This document shows, piece after piece, positions 33,984-46,107 of a stretch of DNA of 64,000 nt. The position numbers and the translations under genes are program-made. Origin of the DNA: Nitrospirota bacterium (GTDB lineage Bacteria; Nitrospirota; UBA9217); the NCBI GenBank assembly GCA_963741205.1, contig CAVUHW010000031.1, forward strand, positions 78,008 to 142,007. The letters run 5' to 3'. Positions within the stretch are counted from its first letter, which is position 1. Each line of letters opens with the position of its first letter. The notes beneath the pieces are model-generated. The model saw nothing but the letters and a program-made list of their open reading frames with translations, was not told the DNA's origin and did no database searches.

Positions 33984-35068
33984 ATGAAACTATCAGCCCT
34001 GGGTGAATTCGGCCTGATCGAAAAAATACGGAAGTCGGTCGTCAGGCCGTCGCCTTCGGTGCTGATCGGCATCGGAGACGATGCCGCGGTCCTGAAGACA
34101 TCGTTGTCCGCAGTTCTTCTCGCCACAACCGACATGCTGATCGAGGGAGTGCATTTCGACCTCGCGTACACCGATTTTTACTCGCTCGGCTGGAAGTCCG
34201 CCGCAGTCAACTTAAGCGACATCGCCGCAATGGGAGGCATTCCCCGTTTCTGCCTGACCTCGCTCGGCATCCCCCCGGTCCTCTCCGTGGCGCAGATAAC
34301 CGAATTTTACCGGGGTTTGAACGGGCTCCTGAAGGCCCACCGGACCATGCTCGTGGGCGGGGACACCTGTTCCTCGCCAGGGGGAATGACCGTCTCCGTC
34401 ACCGTGCTCGGCGAGGCGGAAAAGAAGAGCGTCGTAAGCCGCGCAGGGGCCAGGCCGGGAGACCGGATCTACGTAACGGGGACGCTCGGCGATTCAGCGG
34501 CGGGGCTGGAAATTGCTGAAGGCGGAGTGCCCTGACGTGCCGAAGCCCAGACGAGGCAGAGGAAGCATAGAATCCGGTAGTCCGCGGAGGCGACAAGTCC
34601 GGAGTGTTACAATCCGCAATCACGCGTTGATGCAGAAGCATCTCCGTCCCGAACCCCGCGTCGAGTGGGGCAGAAAGCTCGCGCTTTCCCGGTGCGCGCA
34701 CGCCATGATCGACGTGAGCGACGGCCTTTCATCGGACCTCTCGCATATCTGCGGGCAGAGCGGGGTAGGGGCGGTCATTGCAGCCGAAAAAATACCCTTT
34801 TCCCCCTCGCTCCGGAAGGCAGCCGCGCACCTGGGCAAATCGCCGCTTCACTACGCCTTGTCCGGCGGAGAAGATTACGAACTCCTGTTCACCGCGCCGC
34901 CTGCCAAGGTCCGGAAACTGCGGTCGCTCGATATTCCCGTGGTGGAGATCGGGGAAATCACCCGGGCGCGGGAAGCTGCTGATCGTGGACGGACGGGGCA
35001 AGACCACGCCTCTCGCGCCCACGGGGTATAATCATTTTGCTCGCGCTCCAAGGAGAAAGGCATTTTAG
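33984..35068 (+). CDS. thiL: Thiamine-monophosphate kinase (internal insertion and apparent frameshifts)
   Basis: GEFGLI, GIGDDAA, NLSDIAAMGG, GGDT, MIDVSDGL, GGEDYELLF, GYNHF. Confidence 0.95.
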
Positions 35069-35514
35069 GCAAACGATATATCAACGAACGGATCCGTTCC
35101 ATCGTAAAGCTGGACGATCCGCCGCATGAGCTTGCGCTCGCCTTTGCCCTGGGGGTGTTTATCGCCTTCAGCCCTACCATCGGGTTTCACCTGCTGACGT
35201 GCCTCGTGGTGGGGTGGCTGTTCGGTTTGAACAAGCTTGTGCTCATCACGGCCTCGTTCATCAACAACCCATGGACCGTCGTGCCCATGTACGGGTTCTG
35301 CATCTGGTTCGGCCTCAAGATCACCGGCCACCATGGCCGCGTCCCGCGCATTGCATGGAACGAACTCACCTTCTCCAACTCTTACACCGTCCTGAAGCCG
35401 TTCCTCTGGTCCTACGTGGCCGGCACCTTGATCGTCGGCGCCTTTGCGGCGGTCATTTCCTATTTTCTGTTCTATGAGCTTGTGGTACGATACCGGAAGA
35501 CTGAAAAATCGTGA
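35063..35514 (+). CDS. DUF2062 membrane protein (start uncertain)
   Basis: LDDPPHELALAFALGVFIAFSP, FINNPWT. Confidence 0.85.
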
Positions 35515-35541
35515 TGCGGACGACGAAGGAGTAACGTCTCA

Positions 35542-36568
35542 TTGACACAGCCGATTGTCTCGGTAGTGATCGTCAACTGGAACGGCAAGCACCTGCTGGG
35601 GGAATGCCTGGATTCGCTCGCTTGCCCAGCGCGCCGGCGATGTGGAGATCGTTTTGGTGGACAACGGGTCGCGCGACGGGTCGGTCGAATTCGTCCGGGA
35701 ACGCTATCCTGGCGTAAGGCTCGTAAGCCTGCCGGAAAACACGGGTTTTGCCGGAGGCAACAACGCCGGGATACGGGTGGCGAGTGGCAAGTATATCGCT
35801 CTACTGAATAACGACACGAAGGCGGACCCCGCCTGGCTTGCGAACCTGCTGGAAGCGGCTGAGGCGAGCCCCCGTGCGGTAGGGATGTGGGCGTGCAAAA
35901 TACTTTCCTACGATAATCCCGTGGTGATCGATAATGTCGGCCTGCTTCTCTACCCCGACGGACTGGGCAGGGGGCACGGCAGGCTGGACGTGGACCGCGG
36001 GCAGTTCGACCGACAGGGGGAGGCATTTTCCCCAAGCGGATGCGCGGGACTGTATCGCAGGGAGATGCTGGACGAGATCGGTCTTTTCGACGAGGAATTT
36101 TTCGCCTATGCCGATGACGTGGACCTCGGGCTTCGCGCCAGGCTCGCGGGATGGGGGTGCGGGTATGTCCCTTCCGCAAAGGTGTACCACAAATATTCGT
36201 CGTCTTCCTCGGCCTATTCGCCGTTCAAGGCCTTCCTGGTGGAACGAAACCGGATATGGGTCCTGCTCAAGTATTATCCGCTGGAGCTCGTGCTCGTGAG
36301 CCCCTTCTTCACGCTCCTGCGGCTTTCGGTCCATCTCTACGGCGCGCTCTCCGGGAAGGGCGCGAGCGCGAGGTTTTCCGAGCAGCATTCCGTTCTGAAG
36401 GCCCTGGCGATTTTGCTGAAGGCGGGGGGCGCGGCCCTTGCGGCGGTACCCGGCATTTGCCGGCAACGCAGGGCGTTTTCCCCTTTGAGGCGCCTCAGTC
36501 GTCCCGAGCTCTACCGTTTGCTGTGCCGGTACCGGATTTCGGCGCGCGAAGTCGCGTTGAAGGAATAG
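35542..36568 (+). CDS. GT2 glycosyltransferase (one apparent frameshift)
   Basis: SVVIVNWNG, VDNGSRDGS, NTGFAGGNN, LLNND, FFAYADDVDL. Confidence 0.9.
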
Positions 36569-36633
36569 AATGTAAGCGTCTGAATGAAGTTAAAAAGCTT
36601 CAGTTTGCGTGATTCTGTAATTTGCGGTGATTC

Positions 36634-36660
36634 GGTCGCAGGCTAAAGCCTGCGGCTACC
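36634..36660 (-). repeat. GTAG-tagged REP palindrome
   Basis: Reverse complement reads GGTAGCCGCAGGCTTTAGCCTGCGACC. Confidence 0.75.
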
Positions 36661-36694
36661 ATGCGGTCTCTTTTTTATGAGTGTATTGAACGAG

Positions 36695-37392
36695 ATGAAA
36701 ATACTGATCATCATACCAGCCTACAATGAAGAAGAGAGCCTCCCCGGAGTGATCGGGGACCTCCGGGCCCATGTGCCCTCGGTCGAGCTGCTCGTCGTGA
36801 ACGACGGGTCACGCGACGGGACTGCGCGGATCGCCCGCTCGCTGGGGGTCCCGGTCCTCGATCTTCCGTTCAACCTAGGCATCGGGGGCGCGGTCCAGGC
36901 GGGATACCTCTACGCGATGCAGAACGGGTATGATGTCGCGGTGCAGTTCGACGGCGACGGGCAGCACGTGGCCGCGGAGATCAAGAAGCTGCTCGAACCG
37001 CTTGGAAGCGGGGAGGGCGGACCTCGCGATCGGCTCCCGTTATCTGTCCCCGAGCGATTACCGGACACCCGTGTTCAGGAAGTTCGGCATCGGTATTTTC
37101 TCGTTCGTCCTTTCGCGTATCCTCGGCATGCAGGTGACGGACAGCACCTCCGGCTTTCGCGCGGCGAACCGCAGGGTGATCGAATTTTTCGCCCGGACCT
37201 ATCCCGACGATTATCCGGAAGTGGAGTCGCTCGTGCTCCTGCACAAGATGCACATGCGGATGGAGGAGGTCGCCGTCAGCCATGCGCGGCCGCACCGGAG
37301 GAAAGTCTTCCATTACGCCCCTGCGGTCGATCTATTATATGGCGAAAGTGCTTATGGCGATTTTCATCGATCTGATGAAGAGAGTGAGGTGA
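36695..37392 (+). CDS. GT2 polyprenol-phosphate glycosyltransferase (DPM-synthase-like; apparent frameshifts)
   Basis: IIIPAYNEE, NDGSRD, NLGIGGAVQAGY, QFDGDGQH, DSTSGFR, DYPEVE. Confidence 0.88.
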
Positions 37393-37394
37393 CC

Positions 37395-37800
37395 ATGGAC
37401 CTGCTAAAAATTATTTGCCGTTGTCGGGAGCGTGGCCCTCCTGATCGTGGTCGTGGAGCTGATCCGGAGGGGGAGATTAAAGGAGCGATATTCCCTGCTG
37501 TGGCTCCTTGCCGGAGGCATCCTGCTGTTTCTTTCCTCATCAAGAGGGGTCCTGAATTCCATAGCCCGTCTGCTGGGAATTTTTTATCCGCCGTCGTTTC
37601 TTTTTCTCCTGGCTTTTTTCTTCCTGCTTTTGATCACGCTTCATTTTTCCGTCGTGATATCCGGCCTGTCGGAAAAAAACAAAAAACTCGCGCAGGAACT
37701 GGCGCTCCTGCGCCGGGAGATGGAAGAAGTGCCGGGTGAAAGCAGAGCGAAGGTGATCGGCGAGAAGGGCCTGACGACGGATATTTTGCCATCTTTGTGA
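37395..37800 (+). CDS. DUF2304 small membrane protein
   Basis: LIRRGRLKERYSLLWL, LGIFYPP, KLAQELAL; adjacent to a DPM-like GT2. Confidence 0.85.
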
Positions 37801-37937
37801 TGCGGCAGCGAAAATATCTTTTGACAGTAATCCGCTAGCGCGGATGAAAATACGGAAAATAATCTTTACTTTGTCCGTGTTCCATGTTAAATTTTCAGAT
37901 CAATACTGACCTTGATGAAAGGGGTTTCGAATCAATC

Positions 37938-39149
37938 ATGCAAGGGATGGCAGAAAAAGTGAACCGCCTATTCAATCACCGGAGATTCAACCTGATAGCA
38001 TTCTTCATGATCGCGATACTGATACTGATCGCCTATTCGAACACGTTTCATGCAAGCTTTCACTTCGACGACAACCCGTCGATCGTGGACAACTACACCA
38101 TCAAAGTCGTGAACGCTGACAACATCATGACATCTGCTCAGCATCAACCGGCCCGTGGTCTACCTGAGCTTGATGCTCAATTACAGCCTGGGCGGCATGA
38201 ACGTCGTCGGGCTATCATATTTTCAATGTCGGATGTCATATCGCAAACAGCTTTCTTGTGTATCTCTTCTGATCATCTGGACGCTGAACTGCCCGTCCTG
38301 GAAAAGCGGTATGCGGACAAGGCAAGGAGGATGGCCCTCTTCGCGGCGCTTCTGTTCGCCGTCCATCCGGTCCAGACCGAAGCAGTGACCTACATCATCA
38401 GCCGCACCGAGCTTTTGGCGACGTTTTTTTATCTCGGGGCCATGCTGATGTTCATTCAAGGGGTCAGGAAGAAGAAATTTGCCTGGTTCTCGGCGCTGCA
38501 TGTTCGGCATTCCTCTCCGTGGGGTCCAAGGAATGGGCGGTGACCCTGCCTGCCATGCTTTTTCTCTATGACTTTCTCTTCCTGTCCGAAGGCAAGTTAA
38601 AACCGGCACTGTCGCGTGGATGGCCTATGTCCTCATTACGCTGCCGTGGTGGGCGGTTCATTGCGCATACCCTGAATCTTGCGTCAGCAGCCCGAGCGTC
38701 GGCTTCAATATTACCAATTCCGCGGGCATCCCCTTGAATCCCTGGACCTATCTGCTTACGTCGTTCAACGTCCTCTGGACATACTATCAGGCTTCTGTTC
38801 CTGCCGATCAACCAGAACCTGGATTACGAATACTCACGTCGCGAAGACGCTGTTCGAATTTCCCACGCTGCTCTCTTTAATCGGCCACATGGCGGTCGTG
38901 GCCGCGGCATTCTGGCTCTATAAGAAGAAGGGCTGGATGTTGATCCCCTTCGGCATCGCGTGGTTCTACATCACCATATCGCCCACGCAGAGTTTTGTGC
39001 CGGTCATGGACATCATTTTCGAGCACCGGGTCTACATGCCGTCGATAGGTTTTTTCCTGGCGTTCCTCGCTGCATATGGGGAGCTCTTTGATTGGCTGGA
39101 CGAAAGACAGGCAGTGAAGGCGCCCGCGAGCAGTGCCGCGAGGCGTTAA
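37938..39149 (+). CDS. TMTC/GT-C-like multi-pass membrane glycosyltransferase without TPRs (apparent frameshifts)
   Basis: AYSNTFHASFHFDD, RPV..LS, LFAVHPVQTEAVTYIISRTELL, SKE, EHRVYMPS. Confidence 0.75.
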
Positions 39150-39247
39150 AAACAGTAGCGTCCCGTTATATTCGTCGGATAATCAATTGCCTAGCCGTGA
39201 ACGGTCAACAGGTGTCGCGAACAATCGAACTATCAAACTTCATTATT

Positions 39248-40403
39248 TCACGCGAGTTCTTCATAGAGAGAGCGGATTTTGCTGAATACCGCTTCCTTGC
39301 CGTAATGCTTCCGTATATAGAGCCTGCCCGCTGTTTCCGAGCTCTTCCGCGAACGACCTGTCATGAAGGACCCTTATAACCTGTGAAGCAAAGCCCTCGG
39401 GATCATCGGCTATGAGGATGTCCCGGCCAGGCTCCGCCCTAATGCCCTCGTTTCCGTACGTAGTGGACACGACGGGCGTACCCGCGGCCATTGCATCGAG
39501 GATCTTTACGATAATCCCGCCCCCGACGAGGATCGGGGCGACAAAAACCGAGGCCCTCTTGTAATACTCATCCGCATCGTCGACAAAGCCGGGAACCACA
39601 ACAGAAGGGTCCTGATTCTGAAGCGACAGGAGTTCATCGGGAGGTCCGTAACCCGCGATGATAAATTGCGCGTCAGGAATATTTTTGCGGACCAGGGGAA
39701 GAACCGAGTGGTAAAAATACAGCGCCGCATCAACATTCGTTTTCCGGTATTTGAAGGATGCGAGAAAAAGGATTGTGTTTTTACTTGCGCTCAAACGCCT
39801 TGTCGGTTATATCAAGACCGGCAGGGTGGGGTATTGTTGAAAGAGGAAGGGCGGGGGCCAGCGAATTCAGGTAATCGCGCTCGATCGTTGAGCGGACAAT
39901 GACCCGATCGAACCTCCTGGCAATACGAGCTTCCATGCTGCGTATGAACCTGAATGCCAGATATCCCAGGACACGATGGATGCCTCTTGCCTGCCGGTAT
40001 CTCCGTTCAGCCGGTTTCGTTACAACATCGTGGGCATCGAGGACCATCGGCGTCTGTTTTTCGTGATCAGGATCGCCGCTTCTACCCACTCAACCTGTAC
40101 GAGATCATAATGCTCGCGGGAAATGAGCCTGTTTGCATGCCTGCTGAAGCCGAGGTAGTTCATCAGCAGCCTGAAAGTCACGAACAACCCGCGCTTAGAC
40201 GATGTTTTGTAGGGATAGGGATGGATTGTCCGGCAAAAGGGCTTTAACTCGGCGAGGTCCGATAACTCCCGTTCCTCCACCCGTGTCGCTAAATGGATTT
40301 CATGGCGCCGGGACAGTTCCTTGATTATTTCAAAAACGAGCCTGCCGCCTGCGTGGGTTGCTTTTTGCCGGGGGAGAAAAAGACTGATCACGAGTATTTT
40401 CAT
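39248..40403 (-). CDS. GT4 glycosyltransferase (apparent frameshifts)
   Basis: MKILVIS..HAGG, VFVAPILVGGGIIVKILDAMAAGTPVVST. Confidence 0.88.
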
Positions 40404-40440
40404 TTGAACATGACCACGAAGACCTCGGGCTGTAATCTGA

Positions 40441-41544
40441 TTATTTAGTGCGCGCAGGAAGGGAGTCTATTATTCGGTCGTAGACGGTGTCAACCGATAT
40501 CAATTCCATGCAGTCGGAGACGGGGCAGCGCGAGTCATATGCCTGCTTGTAACATGCCTTGCAGGGCACATCAGGCTCGACGATCGTGCCCAGGCCGTAG
40601 AGAAAGAATTCGTTGCTGTTGAAAATATTGTTCAAGAGCACGATTTTCTTTTCGAGGCCGATGGCGATATGCAGCGCCATCGTGACGGCAGTGACGACCA
40701 CGTCACAATAGCTCATGAGCCCGACAAATTCTCTATATGACTTCACTCCTTCGTAGTACGCTCCGGTTTCTTTTGCCAGCCGCGTGTTTTTATCATGTTC
40801 TTCCGGCCCGCCGAGCAGGAGAACCCGCAGTTCGCTTTTCTGAAGTCTGGAAATAAGCTCCGCCCAGAAACGCTCGGGCCATATCCTTGTCGGCCAGACA
40901 TTTCCCGCGCCTGTATTGAGACCGACGAGCGGGGTTTGGGCGCTCCTGAGATGCGGAAGGGAAGGCGTAACGGCGCCTTCCAGGATGTATTTCTCTCCCT
41001 TCCATTCCCAACCGCAGATTTCGAAGAGTTCCTCGACATAGTGCTTCCTGTTCTCCTTCATGAGGTCGTCAAAAACGCCGGTCAGCCATTTGCGATGCGC
41101 GTCCGCATCCGCCGGAACTATTCTTCCCCGTTTGTCGAGCAGGAACCCTTTTTTAACCTTGGCATGTATCCTGTTTGCAAGCGCGCAGACATGGTGCTCC
41201 TTGTCGAGGCTTAAAAGAAGATCGAATTCTTCCTCTAAAATCATCTGAACGTTCTTCCAGTCGTACTTGAGAATTCTCTTGACCAGAGAGCGGGGGACGA
41301 AATCCGGGAAATCGGTGATCCAGGTTATTTCCACGGACTGGTCGGCATAGAGAGATTTTATCCTGTGAAGCAGGGGAGTATTGCGGATGACTTCCCCGGC
41401 CGCCCCAATCTTGAGTATCAGTACCCGAAAACCGACCCGGGACAAATCTTCGCAGCCCTCGCAAACACTCCCTTTTACTTTGTGGGAACGGCACGGTTTA
41501 TAACCGTTAAAATGGGTGCAGTCTTTATGAGTTATTCGATGCAT
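40441..41544 (-). CDS. GT9 (heptosyltransferase-like) glycosyltransferase
   Basis: DCTHFNGYKPC, ILKIGAAGEVIRNTPL, GLNTGAG..WP, MALHIA, CKACY. Confidence 0.88.
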   Translation of the reverse strand: MHRITHKDCTHFNGYKPCRSHKVKGSVCEGCEDLSRVGFRVLILKIGAAGEVIRNTPLLHRIKSLYADQSVEITWITDFPDFVPRSLVKRILKYDWKNVQMILEEEFDLLLSLDKEHHVCALANRIHAKVKKGFLLDKRGRIVPADADAHRKWLTGVFDDLMKENRKHYVEELFEICGWEWKGEKYILEGAVTPSLPHLRSAQTPLVGLNTGAGNVWPTRIWPERFWAELISRLQKSELRVLLLGGPEEHDKNTRLAKETGAYYEGVKSYREFVGLMSYCDVVVTAVTMALHIAIGLEKKIVLLNNIFNSNEFFLYGLGTIVEPDVPCKACYKQAYDSRCPVSDCMELISVDTVYDRIIDSLPARTK

Positions 41545-41608
41545 ATGCGTTTCACCTGTACCAGAAAAAGATAATAGCTCTTCAACCGCCCGTTTGCGCC
41601 TGATCCGA

Positions 41609-42385
41609 TCATTTCTTTTTTGCCAGGCAGAAGACACCGCCGCAAGCAGTCCACCTGGAGGTTGAGTTCAACACCAGGGCAGCGGCGCGGCCCACGGAAG
41701 TCAGCTCATAGAGCTGCGGGCTGTGGAGCGGAGGGAAATCTGCCCAGATGCCCAGCGACATCCGTTTGTTCTCAAAATCGTCCCACGTCGTAAAGAGCGG
41801 TTCAAAGCCGGAGTTCCGCACGAGGTGTTCCACTTCCTCCCTGGTGTAGCGGTATTCGGCAAAATGGATTTCCCCTCCCTGCAGCTTGTGCAGCATCAGG
41901 TAGAGCTTTCGCAAAGGATGGGCCACCGCTTTTCGGAAGACGTTATCCAGCGGGACCGTAAGGAATAGCAACCCTCCCGGCTTGAGCACCCGGTACGCTT
42001 CCTTCATGGCCGCCTCGCATCCCTCCTCGAAATGTTCCACCACACCCAGGGAGATATAGGCCCCGAAATGTCCATCATTATAAGGAAGGCGCCGGATATC
42101 GCCATAGGCCACATCCAGGGAAGGCTTCCAGGCTTTCAGCCGGTCGATAACGTCCCTGTTATTGTCGATACCGGCGATCCGGTACCCCTTGCCGCTCAGG
42201 TAGATGACCCAGGCCCCGAGACCGCACCCCGCCTCCAGGATCGGCTCATCCTTCGGCAGGTACTTCTGAAAATACTCGACGATGTTTCTCCCGGGGCAGG
42301 CGGCGACCTCATCCTCCACCCTGTGGTTGTCCCACAGGTGAGTCCGCTGCCCGGCTGCATCCCTGATGGTATAAATCTTCTTCAT
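41609..42385 (-). CDS. Class I SAM-dependent methyltransferase
   Basis: ILEAGCGLG, SLGVVEHF, RVLKPGG. Confidence 0.88.
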   Translation of the reverse strand: MKKIYTIRDAAGQRTHLWDNHRVEDEVAACPGRNIVEYFQKYLPKDEPILEAGCGLGAWVIYLSGKGYRIAGIDNNRDVIDRLKAWKPSLDVAYGDIRRLPYNDGHFGAYISLGVVEHFEEGCEAAMKEAYRVLKPGGLLFLTVPLDNVFRKAVAHPLRKLYLMLHKLQGGEIHFAEYRYTREEVEHLVRNSGFEPLFTTWDDFENKRMSLGIWADFPPLHSPQLYELTSVGRAAALVLNSTSRWTACGGVFCLAKKK

Positions 42386-42404
42386 GAAATCCCCTTGCCT
42401 TCGG

Positions 42405-43243
42405 TCAGCCGCGTTTTTCTCCGGCCGGTATGCGCTCAAAGAAGGCCCGGAAAACGTATTGAGGATAAATTTGTTCGGAGCTCAGGCCGTCCCTGCGGAT
42501 CACCAGTGTTTCCACCGCGTCGGTCGCTCCCAGGCAACTCGAGACCGTCGCGTCGTCGAAAACTATATACCCGCCGGGGACCATATATTCCTTCACCACG
42601 TCGTAGGAATATGCCACTGCGGAATAAATATCGCAGTCGATATGCGCCAGAGCCACCTGTTTCACGTCCTTTAAAACGTCCGGAGCGGTATCATGAAACA
42701 GGCCTTTCACAAATCGCAGATTCGTTATGCCTTTCTTTTCCGCATATGCCCTCAGTTCGTTCAAATCCACGTCGTGGAAATCTCCCGCTACATGGGCGTC
42801 GATTTTCGAGTCCGTTTGCGGCATGCCGGCAAAGGTATCCAGTGCGTAGACCTTGACGCCCGGGTAGAGCTTATCCACGATATAAGCCATGAAAATGGCA
42901 TTTCCTCCCTTGTAAGAGCCGAACTCGATGATGTGCCCCGATGGAATTTTGCCCAGGTAAAACTTTAAAAGGAGAAAGAGATTCATGCGATTTTCTTCGG
43001 TTATGATGGTTCTCCCCCTGGCCAGGGCGAGCGCTTCCTGGTAGAGCGGGTCCTGCCTGACCTTGTTTTTCAGCTCTCCGAATTGAATGCCCCAGCCCCG
43101 GACGTATCCGTCATAAATGCTGCGGTTATTCCGCATATCCCTGCTGATGTGCAGGAACTCCGGGAGATAGCTGCCCGTGGAGATATTTCCCTTTCGGCAT
43201 GATCCGCCCCAAAAGCCGGCACAATCCGTTCTCTGGCCGTCAT
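42405..43243 (-). CDS. TylF/MycF-family sugar O-methyltransferase (start uncertain)
   Basis: IIEFGSYKGG, DTFAGMP, KGLFHDT, HIDCDIY, VFDD. Confidence 0.85.
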
Positions 43244-43320
43244 GGCGATATTTTTCAGTAACGTCAGTTTTCGATAAATTATATGCTTAGCGCACCATCA
43301 TGGCACCATCCCTCAAAATA

Positions 43321-44017
43321 TTAATTGATTTCTGTTTTTGAATTATACGCCACGGCGTAGATGCACCACCCGGTAATCTCCCAGACCGCAACAGTGAGCA
43401 GCGGGCGGTTCTTCGTTATCAGGCCCTTTAAAAAAATGTAGGGCGACAGAAGCAGGGACCAGGGGTTCCTTGCTACCGCAACGGTTATTTTTGTAAAGCC
43501 CGACCGTTTGAGGAGGATGAGCAGTCCTGTCTTGGAAAACGGTTTGATATGAGTCGGGTCGTCATAAAAGTTAAACGGCACGTCCTGGTCCCGGCCATAG
43601 CTGAGCGAGGGTACCAGCAAGCTGTTCAGGCTCGGCGTTTCCAAATAAATCCGTCCTTCGTCTTTCAGGACCCGCCTGATTTCCTGCAGCATCAAATGGG
43701 TCGAATAAAGATGCTCCAATACGTGGGAACAGTAGACTGCATCGAAGGCGTTGTTCCCGAAGGGCAGCGGGTTGCTGCTGGATATCGACCTGGTGAAATT
43801 CCACGTGCTGAGGAACACGCCTGGCGACATCCTGGATGTCGACTGCTGAAAAAACGAGGTCCGGCCTTAATGCCCTGAAGGTCGTCATGGCAACGCACTC
43901 GCCGCAGCCCAGGTCCAGGACCCTGCTGCCCTTCGGCAGGGACAAGATGAATTTATATCTCGGGTGATAGTACCTCAGGTGTTCACGCAGGTTGTTGACG
44001 CGCTGGATCAAGGTCAT
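43321..44017 (-). CDS. Class I SAM-dependent methyltransferase (one apparent frameshift)
   Basis: VLDLGCGE, CSHVLEH, DDPTHIKPF. Confidence 0.85.
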
Positions 44018-44924
44018 AGCAAGTCCTTTCTTCCAAACCTGTGTTGGTAGGAGTCGCGCATCCCCAGCCAGATGATTTTCATGCCGCGGATTTTATTCAC
44101 CTTCATCGTGAACAGGCTGCACACATATCTGCCGATGATAAGACCGTCCCGTGCGATGTTCAAGCCGGCGAATGAAAAGGGAGATAGGTTTTCACCAGGT
44201 GGAGATGGTTCCGGACGGAATAATAAAGATAGTTGCCGGTGCCGGCCCCGCCGGTTGCCGCGGAGACCTTGTGCCATACCTTCGAGTCCGGAACAAACAC
44301 TACTTTATAGCCCGCGCTTCCTTGCGCGGAGAGACCACTCGGCCTCTTCGGCATAGCAAAAATACTCGGGGTCCATAAGCCCTGTCGTTTCACAAACTGC
44401 GCGGCTTACCATCATGGAACACCCGCATGCCCGGTCGGTTTCCCGCATCTCGCTGAATTGACCGGTGTCCTTCTCGTTATACCCGAGGTGCTCGCTTTTG
44501 CCGGTTTTAAGATTCAACGTCGCCCCCGCGTACCAGAGGACATCGGGCCTGTCATAAAAATATACCTTTGAGCTTAAGATGCCGATGGATTTGTCTGACT
44601 CCGCCGCGGCCACCAGCGCCGTGATAAAGTCCGTGTCAACCACCGTATCGTTATTGAGCAGGATCGTGTAGTCTGCCCCGTTATCGAGCGCATACCGGAT
44701 GCCGGCATTGTTCCCCCCGTATAGCCGAGGTTCTCTCCGGTCTGGATGAGCTTTATGTCCGGGAAGGTACGCCTGAGTATCTCCTCCGACCCATCCGTTG
44801 AACCGTTGTCAACGATGACGATCTCATAATGGGGATAGTTTATCTTCCTGATGGAATGAATGCACTCTATCGTGTCCTGGTGTCTGTTCCAATTCAATAC
44901 GATGATAAAGACCTTGGGGGTCAT
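44014..44924 (-). CDS. GT2 glycosyltransferase (apparent frameshifts)
   Basis: IIVLNWN, VDNGSTDGS, NLGYTG, GCSMMV, YFCYAEE. Confidence 0.88.
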
Positions 44925-46107
44925 GCTATCAGCCTTTTATATTCATCTTCCAGTTTTTGGATCACGCCATCCCACGCAAATTTATTCTGCACAAAGGCTT
45001 TGCCGTTTTCCGATATGCTCTGACTGATGCCTTTATCCTTTAAGAGAAGGATCACTTTATTAGCAAATTCTTCAGCATCATCGGCTATGAGAATCTCTTT
45101 ATCGGGAACCGCGTCGATCCCTTCATTTCCAATAGAGGTCGTCACCACCGGGATGCCGGCAGCCAGCGCGTCCAGTATTTTTTGGATAAGCCCCCCTCCG
45201 ACAAAGAGAGGCGCTACAAACACCGACGCTTTCAGATAGTATGGCTTGATATCTTCAACAAAGCCCGTCACGATAACATCTTTGTCTTTCTGGCCGATAC
45301 TCCTGATCTCTTCAGGAGGCCCGTTGCCGACAATAGTGAGTTTTGCCGCAGGCACTTCTCGTTTTAACAATAGGGAACACCTTTTCGTAAAAGTACCGGA
45401 TCGCTTCAATGTTCGCAGGCCTGTTCATTGCGCCGACATAGAGCAGCATGCCCGGCTCCCGGATGCCGGCTTTCCCGCTGAAGTCCTCTATTCTTGCGTA
45501 CCCCCGGAGGATGGAAACATCCAAATCCTCCCCGATAAGAGAGCAGCAAATTTCTGTCAAACTCGGAACGCACAAAAACTTTCGTAAACCTTCTATAGGT
45601 CGAATTTCTTTTTCTGACCATTCTGAATTTTATATATTTTACTGCTTTTCTCATCCCCGTTGCGAGTTTATATTCTCTGAGCGCAGGCTTGAGAATGACA
45701 TCGTGCGCATCAATGATGGTGGGGACGTCCATCGGACCTTTTATGCAGTCGCCGAGTTCGGTATGTTCAACCTGGATAATGTCGAACCGGATCTGTTTGG
45801 AAAATTTATCAATAGCGAGCGCGCACTTGCTCCGAAAGGTCAGCCCGCCTTTCCCTCCGTGGAAGATCCATTGTATCACTGCTTTCGCTACTTCGCCCTT
45901 GCTCCAGGGTATTTCGATCGCATCAAGGACCGTGCAGAAGTATTTGACCTCGTCAAGGTGCTCCTTTTCTCCGGGCCGCAGGCCCGTTATTAAAAAGAGC
46001 TCGTGTCCCCTGGATGCAAGGCGCTCCATGATCTTGAACGTCGCCATCCCCCCCGCGTAGGGGACCTCGGGATAACAAAGATGGGGCGTGACAAATAAGA
46101 TTTTCAT
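44921..46107 (-). CDS. GT4 glycosyltransferase (apparent frameshifts)
   Basis: MKILFVT..YAGG, VFVAPLFVGGGLIQKILDALAAG; paralogue of 39248-40403. Confidence 0.88.
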
